Shown: piece after piece, positions 1 through 13,348 of the stretch
Layout: each line of letters opens with the position of its first letter
How positions within the stretch are numbered: the first letter of the stretch is position 1
Source of the DNA: Phyllosticta citribraziliensis
Taxonomy: Eukaryota
Length of the DNA: 64,000 bases
Assembly (NCBI RefSeq): GCF_038025025.1
Contig: NW_027117349.1
Location: forward strand, 682,001 to 746,000
Direction: 5' to 3'
Position numbers and translations under genes: made by a program
The notes under the pieces: generated by a model
What the model was told of the DNA's origin: nothing
What the model saw: the letters and a program-made list of their open reading frames with translations, nothing else
Database searches by the model: none

Positions 1-201
1 GCTGCCGCTGAACAGGAAGAACAATTCGACTTGCAACGCGTATCAGACAAGAAACAAGTCGATGGATCGGGCGGAATATTTGACGCGAGCACTCTGGCCG
101 CCCTCAAGGGATCCGGCGTTACCTTTACGGCCGGCAAGAAGGAAGATGCGAAGGCCAAGGGTCCCCTAGTTGCATACGACAGTGACGAGGACAGTGATTG
201 A
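1..201 (+). CDS. 3' end of a gene entering from the left edge (unknown protein)
   Basis: Frame 1 is open from base 1 to TGA at 199-201 (AAAEQEEQFDLQRVSDKKQVDGSGG...KGPLVAYDSDEDSD*). An 'LV.Y.SD' acidic tail is a common fungal C-terminus. Identity cannot be determined. Confidence 0.6.
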   Translation, partial: AAAEQEEQFDLQRVSDKKQVDGSGGIFDASTLAALKGSGVTFTAGKKEDAKAKGPLVAYDSDEDSD

Positions 202-1368
202 AGTGGTTACTAAGTCTGCCTATGGAAACCATCAGAGCCAGGCCAAACTCAAGGTCAATCCAGAACAAAGTGGTCTTTGGCCATCTCGTCTTGAGACAGG
301 ACTCATAAGGCATGCGTCGAGCTTTGCCAGCACCTTCGTTCGATACATGGATAACGAGAACTCGGCGGAAAACACCCGTGGCTCCTCCTTGCAATCAGAC
401 CCAATCAGCTGCAGAGCTACTTGGACACTGGGGCGGGACATGGCGGTTGAAAGCGAATCAATGGGGAAATCACAGGTCTATCTGGTGCAGGTCCCAGAGA
501 GTAAGCATGTGAGGCACTCAGCCAGAACTGCATCGCTACTGGTATTGGTAGGATGTGTAGGCTTGACGGAAAAATGCTACAAGAGCGGCGAATGAAGCCT
601 TCAGTTCATTGAAGATTGCATGATGCGTGCGGCTTGTTTTGTCCGTTGTTGACGTGGCATCCGCGGTGATTGACAGTGATTTCGGCTTGCCAAACGTCAC
701 AGACACAGATAAAGCCATTGTCTAGAGATCAGCAAGCACCAGAGTAGGAATAAAGTAAACAATCCAAGGGGGCTCGGTACCATTAGATTGGTGAATCTGG
801 ATCCGGTTGCCGGTTGCTCTGTGCAAACAGCATTGGGTAGACTTGATTCTCCATTCTTTCGACGTCAGGCCATTTCCAGACCCAGTCGTTGCCACCCGGT
901 TGACTGCTGCGTGCGGACCACGTTTCCTGGGGAGACCAGCCCTGTGACCCAAAGGTGTGAACGAAGGAATGACTCGCGAGAGCAGCCTTCGGAGAAGAGA
1001 GCGAATTGGAGGAATGATGAATGCTGCAGGTCTTCGGTCAAGCCACAAATTGTGCAGCTGGCCAAGGAGATTGCCTGGTGAAGAGGGCTTCGAGGCCTGA
1101 GTCGAATAATTTCGGGCGTTTGGGCGGATGATGACCGCTGCAAAGGTGCGTTCTCCGGGCGATGACGAAGGACAAACGGTGCGGCTGTCGTTGCCGTGGC
1201 AACTATCGGCCACCTTTTGTTTGCCCGGCTGCCCTCAGAATCTTTCAACTTTTTCAAAGTCACCACTCCTCTCGGCTCAGATCATTCAAAAGCACTCGCA
1301 TCCACCATCAAAGCATCCTCCAGTTCTCCAAAAGACTTACACCAAGCAACACTCCTACCCGCCTCACC

Positions 1369-1840
1369 ATGTCTTCCAACGTCCTCGCCGACCGCGACAC
1401 CAACGCGCAATTCTCCACGATCAACCCTGTCGAAGACAACAAGCCCAAGACAATGGAGTACCACCGCCAGCTCCTCGAGTCGCGCATGAAGAGCGGACAG
1501 TAAGTCTCTTTCTTTTCTTTCTACTAGACTCACCCACATCGCTCAAGGTTTGACCCTCCTCTCAGACTGGAGGAATCCAAATACGTCTCTCCTTCAGACG
1601 GCATCCAGTCGCCCGCTACTCAGAAGCTCGCCGCATTCAAGAACAAGCATGGTCTCCAAAAGTAAGCACAGCCCACGTGTCCTCGTGAAAGCTGCATGCT
1701 AACCACCGAGCTGCAGGGCGAAGCCCAAGACGCTGTTCGGCAAGATGAGCGCCAAGAACATGCAAGCAAATGGCAGCAGCATGTTTGCAGACATCCCGCA
1801 GAAGAAGGAAGACACGCCCACGAACACGCCGAGCTCGTAA
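1369..1840 (+). CDS. SPO12: Spo12-family protein (3 exons)
   Basis: Exons 1369-1499, 1566-1661, 1717-1840 with GTAAG donors and CAG acceptors. The spliced product contains YVSPSDGIQSPATQKLAAFKNK, resembling the Spo12 SP(S/T)D..(S)P..(Q)KL motif. Confidence 0.8.
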
Positions 1841-2360
1841 AAGCACAACGTTACGCCCCTTCGACCTTGAAGGAGTCGAGACAAACGGACACCACACGGT
1901 GATTCCGAAACACAGCATCGACGTGGATGATGAGAGACACAGCTCCATCACCTGCATGCATGACTGCATGTTCACAATATTCATTCTCGGTTGGGTTGGG
2001 TCTGGATCTGGTAATGGCACGGCGTGAGATACCCGGAAAGGACATTCTGGGGTGGGCTTCTTTTCCAATCACTACGGTTTCCTGTCATCAATCGGCGTCA
2101 TGGGGTCTTATGGAATCACACGGATATCTGCCAATGGGGTGCATTGAGACACATTTGGCACAGCCAAAATCAAAGTTTACACGATAATACTCTGCTCTGG
2201 TGCCTCTTCGTCATGCGTTGGATCCGGACGAAATCAACTTCGGAGGTGGACCGGATCTCGGGCATGGATGTTGCCCGCGGCAACGAATAATCGCAGGGAA
2301 CCACATCAACGCCGTGCACACGACAGCTTGACTACCTCACCGCGCAACCCACGCTGTTCT

Positions 2361-3283
2361 ATGGCAACCGCGAGCAACCAGTCATCTGTCGAAGACGAGA
2401 TAGCTGATCTCGAGCGACGTCTCCTTCATGCCAAAAGTCGGCTGAGAGCGACCCAGACTGCGGCACCTCGGCCTTCATGCCCCTCCAGCGATGATGGTAT
2501 CACCTTCGCCGGTTATCTAGAAAGCCCGTTGGCTAACGTGCATCAGCATTGCATACTCTGTTGCTCCTAGCCGACTCTGCGCTTCCATTGGGATCATTCG
2601 CCTTCAGCAGTGGACTAGAGTCTTTTCTCGCTCACCACCGGCCCTCTCCGCCCTCCGCGTCTCAAGTACCATCTTTCCATCATTTTCTTCGGCTATCGTT
2701 GTGCACGCTTGCCAGCACGGCCATACCATATGTCATTGCCGCATTCCGCGACCCGTCTCTCATTGCAGACCTCGACAATGACTTTGATGCCAGCACGCCT
2801 TGTACCGTGGCACGCCGCGCAAGCGTAGCCCAAGGTCGCGCGCTCCTGTCTGTATGGGATCGCAGCTTCAAGCCCCAACACAGCAGCCCTGCGCCGGAAG
2901 CTCTTGAAGCCATCAACGCCCTAAAAGGCTTTCAGGCCCAGCTCCGAGCTTCCAAGTCAAACGCGTACCTGGCGCCGAACGCGCACCTAGCGCCGCTTTG
3001 GGGGCTCATTACCCGCGTGCTTGGGCTCCCGCTGCAGGACGCAGTGTACGTGTTTCTCTTTTCGCACGCGCGGACGGTGACGAGCGCGGCGGTACGGGCG
3101 AGCGTCTTGGGGCCGTATCAAGCGCAGGCGGTGCTGGCGAGCGGGGATCTGCGGCAGAAGCTGTGGAGCTTGGTGCAAGAGTATTGGGACACGTCGGTTG
3201 AAGAAGCGGGGCAGAATGCTCCCGTCATGGATCTGTGGGTCGGGAGGCATGAGAAGCTGTATAGTCGCATCTTCAACTCGTAG
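2361..3283 (+). CDS. ureF: Urease accessory protein UreF
   Basis: Intron 2497-2546 (GTATCA...GCTAAC...CAG). Motifs LLLADSALPLGSFAFSSGLES and C-terminal GRHEKLYSRIFNS are typical of eukaryotic UreF. Confidence 0.92.
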
Positions 3284-3840
3284 GAGTCCGATGCACCACG
3301 TGGGACAATTCTGCCATGGCACTCGAGATATGGATTTAAAGCCGCTCCCGGGTATACTGCTTGTACCGCTGTTCCAAGGACGCCGAATCCAAATCATCTT
3401 TGAAGCTATCAGTACCCTCAATCTCGTCTTGTTTAGATGTTCTGTACCGAGGCTTGGGTCGCCGTTACTCCCTCAACACACAGTGGCATGTTCCGAATGT
3501 GCCACACTAACAGCTTTGGCGCAGTGGATCAGTCATCACTGCGCGGTAAAGGTGCATACTTCACTCCGATCTTTGAAGAATTAGGAACACCGGACGCACA
3601 GTGACCTGGGCATCAACTCAGGTATTGGAAACATCACCGTTTGTGCGCCAGCGGTCAGTGCGGGGTCCCGAAGATCTTTGCAACATCTAATCATAATCAA
3701 ATCATGCAGACCCTATTGATAAGTCGGGGGCCAGAGATATGTAAGTTGACCTTGGGAGATTGGAATAGAAGCCTCAGGTACTTCAAGGTATTGTGCGGGA
3801 CGCTCCTCTGCCTCGAAATTCTAATGCAGCTCCAATCAAC

Positions 3841-5504
3841 ATGGCCACTGGATTCAAGTTCCAAGTTGTTTTCCAACATCTCGTAGCAAACGTCGTTCCT
3901 ATCCTTCTGACTGCTGTTGTCTTGCGTCTTCTCTACAACAAATTCAAACCAGGCATTTGGACCATCCCTGGACCTCCCCTCGCGGCTTGGACAGGACTGT
4001 GGTTCTTTTTCCAAGTCCGCGGCGGAAAAACCCATCAGCTATCAATCGACCTCCACCGCAAATATGGTCCTCTGGTTAGGATCAATCCAAACAAGATATC
4101 GGTGGCTGACCCTCGAGAAATACGGAATATTTATGGTCTCAACAAGGGGTTTACAAAGGTCAACTTTCCCATGATTTCGTGCTGTCCGAAACTAATGTGA
4201 CTTGAAAGACTGCTTTCTATCCCATTCAAAGCATAATTTACCAAAGACAGTTTCAAGTCAACCTCTTCTCGGTCCGGGATGAGGACTATCATCGTCACAT
4301 GAAGCGCGCAGTCGCCAATGCGTACAGCATGACAGCTCTCCTCGACAAAGAAGACGCCGTCGATGACTGCATTCGACTCTTCATGGAGAAACTGACTGGG
4401 TTCGCTGAAAAGAATCAACCAGTCGACCTGGGCATGTGGCTGCAGCTGTTCGCGTTCGATGTAGTAGGCGAACTCAGCTTCAGCACGAGGCTCGGCTTTC
4501 TGGAAAAGGGGCAAGATGTGGATGGCATGATGGAAACTATTCGTGGACTCTTGGTGAACATTGCCCCTCTCTCTGTGATCTACTTTGTACTAAGAGATGA
4601 ATAGGCGTACTCGGCACAGGTTGGCCAGCTTCCTGAATGGCATCACGCACTCCTCGGCAACCCACTACTGCGCATCCTTCTTCCTTCGATGGAGACGTGG
4701 AACGAAATCACAAACTTCACCCTGCGAGCCATCGACTCCGTCAACAGTCTGGTTGGCAGCAAGACGACGACCAAGGAGCAAAAGCGCGAGTTTCTCAGCG
4801 CGCGTACCGACATGCTCTCACGCTGGACCGCCATCGAACTGACCTCCCCTGAAAAGATCAACGCCCGCGACATCCTCGTGCACCTATCGACAAACGTACT
4901 CGCCGGATCCGACACGACAGCCATCGCCCTCCGCGCCATATTCTACTACCTGCTCAAGACGCCACCCAAATTGGCCAAGCTCGTCGCGCACATCGACGCG
5001 GCCGACGCCGCAGGCCTGCTCAGCAACCCCGTCACATTCCGCGAAGCGACGACGCACCTGCCGTACCTCGACGCCGTCATCAAAGAGGCCATGCGGCTGC
5101 ACCCCAGCGTCGGGCTGATCCTCGAGCGCGAGGTCCCCGCTGCCGGCGCAACAATCTGCGGGCGCCACGTCCCTGGCGGCACCATCGTGGGCGTCAACCC
5201 GTGGGTCACGGGCTACGATTCAAACATCTTCCCTGAGCCCGAGGCGTTTGTGCCAGAAAGATGGCTCGATAGCAACTCTGAGGCACTTCGCGATATGGAA
5301 ATGGCGTGGTTTGGGTTCGGTGCAGGGAGCCGCACGTGTATGGGTAAAAATATGAGTATGATTGAGATGTGCAAGGTCGTGCCGCAGTTTTTGAGGGAGT
5401 TTGAGTTGGGGCTCGATGAGCCGGAGAGGGAGTGGACGGTCAATAATCAGTGGTTTACTTTTCAGGAGGACTTTGTGGTTCGATTGAAGAAGAGGAGCAG
5501 TTGA
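3841..5504 (+). CDS. Cytochrome P450 monooxygenase (pisatin-demethylase-like group; substrate unknown)
   Basis: N-terminal membrane anchor and IPGP hinge, I-helix AGSDTT, EAMR (ExxR), PERW and heme motif FGAGSRTCMG. Two introns at about 4159-4208 and 4554-4604. Confidence 0.93.
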
Positions 5505-5910
5505 GATTGAAAACGAAGATACTGCAATGAAGTCACTGGCATTTTCGAGACTTGTTCGGAGCATTTGACAAGCGGTTAGAACGTTAACTTCACTCGTTCT
5601 CGAAATCAAGACTTGAATGAGGAGCGAGCCTCACGCTAAACGGAGACTCTCCAGTGTTGACGGTCAATTGAAGCGTGAAGCACGCAATCGAAGGCATGAA
5701 GAGATCGGGGTGTAGGAGAATTGCGGCTGCAGTAGCACAAGGTCCAGGAAGAATCGAGCCAATAGCAAGCTGGGACGCGTCACCGATAAGGACATCAAAA
5801 CCAAACCTAAACTTCTTGCCAGAACGCATCCTTCCCGGTCTTCCGCCCTCACTGAACAGCAAAATGGTATAGTCATCAAGAGTTTCACGATTTGCAGGAG
5901 GGCCGTGAAA

Positions 5911-8086
5911 ATGAAGTCGCATATTTTCAGAAGTCTGCTACTACTAAGCGGAAGTCAGTTCGCTTCGACAGGGTCCGCCAACCATGCAGACTGCCATGAA
6001 CATCCTAAACCACAAGCAAAACCACTTCCTTCATCATTCCTCAACTTTTCATCGCCCGCTCCATACATCTTCTCCTCTCTCTCAGGTCTTCTATCAGAAT
6101 GGTCCAACACCTTCTTCCCCCAAGGCCACGCCATCACCGCGTGCGTTATTCCCGCGCACACGCAGCTCTACCACGGGCGGCACGACGCGCATTCACCGCC
6201 GTCACCGGAATGGCTCGCCTTCGACGTCGAGATGTCGTACGGCATCATGGGCAACCTGAAGGACTCGCGCATGCTGACGTACCGCACGACGCGGCCGGTC
6301 AAGGCGCTGTACTTTGACGGCGTGAGCGCCGACTCGATCGGCATCGGGACCGAGAGCCAGATGGTGTTTTTGGTCGGCGATAGCGAGAAGCTGAGGCAGA
6401 GACCGTGGCCAAGAGGACCTGGACGCCCGCCGCCGCCTCCTGGACGCGGTTCGCCGGAGAGAGGTGGGCCGCGTCGACCGCCTGGCAGGGGACCTCCGGA
6501 TTATGGTGGTAACAAACCCCTCGATGACGAGTACTGGAGGGCGGAGGGCCTTTGTAACTGGATGAAAGAGCATGGGCTGGGTGGCAAAGGCTGGGGCTAC
6601 GAGGGCGTTGTCAGGATGAATGCGGGCTTTGAGATGATTTGGTGCGATTTTGATTCGCCTTCTTTGAAGCTTGTCTCCAACCTCAACGTGTCGGCACCGC
6701 GAATCGACATGAAGAATGAGAAGCGTTGGCCCGGAAGGCCGGGCTCTGTCGATGAAGCTACTTCCCCAAAACACGGAGCTGAGCAGATTGTCCTGCTTGG
6801 AAGTGGCGGCCAGACGAATGCGCAGGAAGGCGAGAAAGAAGGCCGGCACGGCCCAGATATGACCGACTACAGCGAACCGTTCCGCTATGCCTCGCTGTGG
6901 ATGTGGTTCACAGCTGGAGTACGACACTACGGCCGCACAGCCGTTGGCCCCGGTCGTGGAGAAGCTCGCGTTCGAGTCGACACGTGTGGCCTTTTCACCT
7001 TTTACGACCCCAAGCTGCAGTCCCAGGCCACAGCTCGCGTGGAATCGGAAAGGAAATCGCTCAACATTTCGCTTGATGGCCACTGGCAAGCTCCAGAAGG
7101 TGAAAAAGGGAGGGCTGTTGCCCTGGAGGAGCTAATGCGCCGAAGGAGATTCCATCGTATCAGCAATATCAGCGAACAAGACGGAGCTGTCATGCAAATG
7201 TCGGTCGAGCAGAGGCTCAGGACGGTGCTTGGAAATGAGACTACGTCCTGTAGTGGCATTGACTGGCGACTCACTGCGCAAGAAGTCGTCTTGTTTTACA
7301 GCTGGAACCTCGAAAATCTCCTGCGCTTGCTAAACGAGGAGCCCGGAAAAAGTTGGATCCTTTTTCGTGACTGGCTGGGTTCGCTGAGAGACATTACTCA
7401 TTGGTTCATGATGCCGTTTTTCGAGTATCCTCCCGAGAGGCCATATATTGAAGACTCTTTGAAAGAAAGCTTCTCTCTCGAGTCTGAAAGAGCACAAGTG
7501 GCCATAAAGCGTTGTCGTACGCAGTACAGCGCAGAGAGCTCCCAGTTGAACGAGGGAGAGCAACTCCAGTCCTGGTCTGTCGAAGAAACCTTGGATGGGC
7601 TTTGCCAGACAGTCTTCAAGGTCGGGCTCGACATTGAGTACGAATGGCTTTGGCACTTCAACAAAGCTCCCGAGGATATGAACAGCTACCCAAGCCTAGA
7701 TCCCTCTGTGCTGGGCAAACAGTCAGCATGGAGAAAAGATGTGGAGGAGCTGATGGCGTGGTTGGGCTGGGTCGAGCAGTGGACTAGTTGCGAGGAACCA
7801 TGTGCCTCAGACGTAAGTTGAATCGTCCCACTCGATGGTTGGATTGGCTAACTCGATAACTCAGGAGCTTTGTTACGTCCCAATGTGGCCTGTGAACCAC
7901 ATGTTGAGAGATGACCGTGATCGTAGAAAAGACGCAGATAATCCGTCTGGAGGGCAGCTATACAGAGCGGACGCTTTCGATAATGAAGAGCCAGACAACA
8001 AACCACCTTGGGGAGATTTCGGTCGTCTTGGAGAGGAGCACCTGTGGCGTCCTGTCTGTGTCAATGCATCTGCTTTTCCGCCTTGA
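5911..8086 (+). CDS. Secreted fungal protein of the YOR389W-like family
   Basis: Signal-peptide-like N-terminus, blocks LYHGR..PEWLAFD.EMS and GYEGVVRMNAGFEMIWCDF, C-terminal W..C...C..ELCYVPMWP, and a Pro/Gly-rich insert. Intron about 7813-7864. Family assigned from recalled motifs. Confidence 0.7.
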
Positions 8087-8787
8087 TGTGGACGAAGGTG
8101 TGGCGCTTGAAGTTTTGGAGAGTGTTTAAGATACAGAGTAGTAGCTTGTAGCATGAAAGATTTCGAAAAGCTGAATGGGAACACGTCGAATTCAAAGAAG
8201 AAGTGAGATGTATTCCGTAGATGACAGGGGCCCGAATTGAGTGATGATTCTCGCGGAGGGAGTTGAGAGCTTGGTTGGGCTTCAGTAGCTTGCCATAAGC
8301 ATAGCATAAGAAGCTTGAAACCTAAGACAAGGAACCCTGTCGAGTATAGCCGTTGTTAGTGTCACATCGACACCAAAACATCAGACACAGACTTTGTCGC
8401 GAAGAGTTGTCGTCCCCGTCTGGACCAACGGTCGGAGAGCTTGCACAGCAGGCGCGGAAGTTGTGGCCGCAGATCGTCTCACCGACGCAACGTCACGCTT
8501 CACCCACACCCAACGGACATCGACAATCTCCGCGTTTGCGCAACCAAGTCCTCTCGGACCTCCTCGTACTCCTGACCTCCGGCTGCACTCCATCAGCCAA
8601 TTCAGCCTTGCGCAACCGGAGAACAGCCTGCGCGCTTACGGGTGCCATCGAACCCCCGACGACGCTCCCCACCAGCCCCCAGTGTCCTCTCCCACCCAGG
8701 CCGCGCCTTACACTCCGATCCGCTCGCTCGTAGAGCTCCCAAACCACTCGGCAGCTCTGCACCTCAGCTCAATAATCTGCCGCGACA

Positions 8788-9787
8788 ATGTCCTACGACG
8801 GCTCTGCCACAACAGTCATGGCGACGACGGGCGCCGCCAATTCAACGACCGCCGCAACGGTCGATCCTTCTGCGTCCGCCTATTTCAACGCCTCATGCAT
8901 GGACTTTCTCCTCATCGAGCTAGTCCCCATGGCCTACCGCATGGCCGCCGAGCTCGCCGCCCGCGAAGAAGAATACCTCGCAGCTGTACCGCCCTCACAA
9001 ATACGATCGTCGACGAGCAATGGCAAAGGGGGGATAACGAGCCCAGCATTAGTATCGTCGAATGGCGAGACTGGTGGGACAGGGAAGGCGAGCGTGGCGG
9101 ATACGGCGACGGTAGCCTCGGCGGATGAGGAGGAGTTGAGAGAGGCGGCTCTGTATCGATTGGATATGCTGGGGTATAGGGTTGGACTAGGAATCTGTGA
9201 ACGGTGCGTGTGCCCCTCGTGCTTGAGCTGCTGGGGAACGGATCTGGCTTCACCGGGACATGGCATCTAGTACGGCAGACCATGATCCCCAGAGCCGGCG
9301 TTTTCCAGACACACAGCGCTACCTTCTGCACAATCACTGACATGCCTGCAGATTCTCGCGCGACAAATCTCGATTGACAGATACACTCGACGTGATCAAA
9401 TTCCTCTGCAAAGACCTCTGGACCATGATCTTCCGCAAGCAAATCGACAACCTCAAAACCAATCACAGAGGCATCTACGTTCTCACCGACAACGCATTCA
9501 AGCCGCTGTCCAAAATGAGCCTGGAGAAGGGCGAAGGCGAACGGAGCCTCAGCAAAGCGCAGCCAGTGAGTCAACCTCTTCATGCTATATCCTCGAGATA
9601 GGAGGACTGCAGTTTTAAAAAACGCAATGTCTGACCCTGGGATGCGGTGATTTAGTTTCTCTACTTTCCAGCCGGCCTCATTCGCGGGGCCCTGGCCAGC
9701 ATGGGCATCATTGCAACAGTCACGGCTGAGACGACAGATCTTCCGGGCGCAACTTTTCAGATTCGCACGCAAGGTGCCAAATCATAG
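8788..9787 (+). CDS. TRS33: TRAPP complex subunit Trs33 (Bet3 family)
   Basis: DFLLIELV, LDMLGYRVG, LDVIKFLCKDLW..IFRKQIDNLKTNHRGIYVLTDN and FPAGLIRGAL. Introns about 9203-9351 and 9566-9656. Confidence 0.93.
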
Positions 9788-11289
9788 CACCGCAAGCTTC
9801 TGTCGAGAAGCCTGCTCGTACTGTTGCTGAGCTCGCCGTCAGAATCGTGGTGCTAGTTGCCCGCAACAAGCGGGTCTGCCGGTCATGGCACATGTACAGG
9901 AGTTGAAAAGAGCGCCGCCTGGCCGTCCAAAAGCAGACACTGGGAGAGGCACAGATGAAGAGCAAGACGTTTAACGCGTCGGAGACATTAAGCACCTTTT
10001 GCCTGTCACACGGATAACAACACCTCCAGGCATCTGGCAAGCAGTCTCAGAAGACCGAGGGCAGGAATGGGATAGCATCGTGACTTTGGGTCCCAAGGGA
10101 TAAGATCAGGCGACATATCCGCAGTTGAGACTGGGCAGGGGGGTCAGCGAGCCATGGTGGATGCAAGAGAAGGACAAAAGGCCAATGCTGCGCGGACACC
10201 CGGTCTCTCCATCCACTTCAACCGATCTTTGGCCCGTCTCCACACGCAGCAGCAGCAGCAGCAGCAGCGCGGACTCAATTACAGCGAAGAAATGGAAAAG
10301 GAAGAAAAGGTCCTGCTCAACGCCTTGTCGTATGCTTCTCAATCCATGGCCCCTTCTCATTTTCACTACCAACCATCACGCGTTGTGTTCACGAAAGAAG
10401 TCTGAAGACGAAGAAGCAAAAGGTCTAGAGAGACTGAGGGACCGGCTAGCCCTCAACCGCCGGGGCGACGCCAGACCTAAAAAGCGGGTTATTTGGGAGC
10501 ACAAGGGAAACGATGGGCAGAGTATGCGGACCGTGGTCAGGGCAGATGAAGAGAGACACGAGCGAGATGTCAAATGATGACGAGAACCCCCATCGAAGCG
10601 GCGCGTACATTACAATCAATCAATCATAGTACCTATGTACCTTACCTCCTCACACGTTCTCATCCAGCAGGGAAAGGATTACGAGTAATAAACAGGATGG
10701 GACAAAAACCTGCCTGCCATCCCAGTGTCCCCCATGTGCCTTCATGCCATGTTTGACTGCGCGTTCAACACGAGCTCCTAAACTCACCTTTTCCCAGTGT
10801 AAAACCAAGCTTGCCTTGCCACCATCCCCAGAGTCCCACACAGACATAGAGATACCGGAAATCCCAACAACGAGCAGCCACGCGCCGCCGTGCCCTTCGT
10901 ACTGACTAGGATCTTGCATCTCACGCCTCATCTCACACCACGCACCACGCACTACGCACCACCACCCATCAATCAATCTACCACCTTACCAGGTATGCAC
11001 GGCAGACGAACAAATCCACCCACCCACCAGATCAATCCCCGTCCATGTCTTCCCATCTCTGCATGCGTTCCCGCTGCGGCGGCAGCTGCTGCGGTCCAAA
11101 GGCTCCCGAGAGATAGTGTGTGTATGTAGAGCTCCGCTGTCTTCCCCATCTATAGCATAAACACAAACACAAGCCAGATAGGCCGGCAAGCACTACAGAG
11201 AGAGAGAGAGAAACAAAGAAGAGAGGACCAAAGGAAAGGACCAAACCGACCTATTCCTGTCCACCAGCAGCGGGACAACCCGGAGCGAA

Positions 11290-11325
11290 GGGGGGGGGGG
11301 GGGGGGGGGGCGGGGGGCAGGGGGG
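11290..11325 (+). repeat. Poly-G tract (G21 followed by two G6 runs)
   Basis: Direct reading. A C-rich tract follows at about 11405-11436 and a (GA)n run precedes it at about 11197-11211. Confidence 0.9.
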
Positions 11326-11916
11326 AGAAAGTCGGAACGAAAACCCGCTGAACGACCCACCCTCACCCACTTGTGGTTCTCGTTCCGTCCGCGGGTGGTC
11401 CAACCCCAACCCCAGCCCAACCCTTCCCCCCCCCCCTTGATACGTAGAAGCCCTCTTATTTTTTCTTAAACGCCCGCTTGCCCACATTTTCTCCTCTCCT
11501 CTCCCCTCTTTGTCTTTCAAGAGAACAGGTATAAGTATTCGACGCGTGGCGGCTTTATTCGACTCCGCACTTTCTTCATGTTGATTCAAGGCTTTGGCCG
11601 AAGGGATCGTGCCCCAGTCAACAAAACATGTCACATCATGTCGTTCGACCGCTTGGTTCATCATTCCTTGGTTTGAATTGGGCTCTTGTACCAACGGAAA
11701 CCCCCAGAGATGCAGACTGTCTCCATCCATCTGCCATCATTTCGTCTGGAAGTCCACTTCTCATCCCTCGCCAGTTCATGCCATCATGCAGTGTATATCC
11801 CCCTTCAAAGCTCCTTCACTCAGCAGATTGGAAACCCGTGGTTCGCCCGCAAATCTCAAGGTGGGAAGAGGATTCGTCTCGTCTAGAAAGGGTCGTCGGA
11901 ATCGATTGTGGTGATC

Positions 11917-13348
11917 TCACAATCTAACTGCCAATCAGCCCCCACCATTAGCTGTCAACTAATAACAAGGAGATGGTGCCTACTTTCGCACTGCACACAG
12001 GGCGCATTCTCCAAAGAAATAGCCGGGCGGCAACTTACTTGGTAGGAGGGTTCTTGACGAACTCGATACCCTTCTCGATGTTCGTTTTGAGGCCCTTGTA
12101 CGCGGCCTCGAGCAGCTTCTTCTCGTAGTCATTGGCGCTGCTGACAACGTTGTAGGCCTTCTTGGCACCGTCGGGCTGAGGAATAGGTCAGTGGATCAAT
12201 TCCCTGTCTTCCAGAAGAATACTTACACCAAGCTCGACAGGGACCGAGAAGAAGTCGACGCCAGTCTCCTTGGCAATGGCGTCACCGCCCTCGACACCGG
12301 GAAGGTAGACATAGGTAGGCTCGATGATGCCAGTCTCGCCCTTGACAGCCTTGAGCACCTTCTCAGCGAAACGGAAACCGGCGTAGGCCATCGAGAGCGT
12401 AGCGGAACCGGCGCCGTCCTTGGCCTTGACGACCTCATCACCACCGAACTGGACGCCTGCCAATGGATCAGCGGTGGACAAGCCGTGGTTGAGGGAGACA
12501 CGTACGGTTGACAAGGGCGTCGAGCTTGTCAACAGGGATGTTGGCCTGGGGCTTGGCCTGGCTGAAGAGAGGAACGATGGTCTCGCCCGAGTGACCGCCA
12601 ATGACGGGAATGTTCAAGTTCTGGGGGTGCTTCTCGCCGACAATCTCACCAACAAAGGTCTCGGCGCGAACGACGTCAAGAGTGGTGACACCGAACAGCT
12701 TCTTGGGGTTGAAGACGCCAGCGGCCTTCAGAACCTCGGCAGCAATGGGAACGGTCGAGTTGACGGGGTTGGAGATGACGAGAACGTAGGCGTTGGGTGC
12801 GAACTCGGCAACACCCTTGACAAGGTCACGCACGATGCCGGCGTTGATCTTGAAAAGGTCATCGCGGGTCATGCCAGGCTTGCCTGTAACCAGTCAGATA
12901 ACCACCAAGGTGCATGGCCGTTGTGCAAGAGTCGCTCACGAGGAATGCCGGCTGGGATGACGACAATGTCGGCGCCAGTGAAGGCCTTCTTGAGGCCGTC
13001 ATCCTTGGGCAGGTAGCCAGAGATTTTCTGGGGGCAGAGTATCAGCAGAGGGGCGCGAGTTCGGAGGGAGCGGGTAGGCGTACGGCCGTGGACGAGATGT
13101 GAGAGAGGTCGGTCGCGACGCCGGGGGTGTTGACGACATCGTACAGAGCAAGCTCGTCAATGAGCGGGGAGACCTTCAAGAGGAGGGACAGCGGCTGCAG
13201 GGCGTTTGGTCAGCAATGTAGCGACGATGCGGCGTGATCAATCTCACCTGTCCGATACCACCGGAGGCACCAGCGACGACTGCGAGGGTTCAGCTGGCCT
13301 GTTCACCGAGTGAAATCCTGTGACGGGAGCCCCACCTGCTTTGACCAT
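11917..13348 (-). CDS. MDH: NAD-dependent malate dehydrogenase, cytosolic/peroxisomal type (multi-exon)
   Basis: [79 protein letters not shown]. No mitochondrial presequence. The 3' end is 12035 if unspliced, or 11924/11917 if the last intron is spliced. Confidence 0.96.

Noticed and set aside
3841..8086. Secondary-metabolite gene cluster around the P450
   Set aside because: There is no PKS, NRPS or terpene synthase in the window, and the neighbours are housekeeping genes.
10572..10640. C/D snoRNA starting at ATGATGA
   Set aside because: No downstream D box, terminal stem or recognisable rRNA antisense element.
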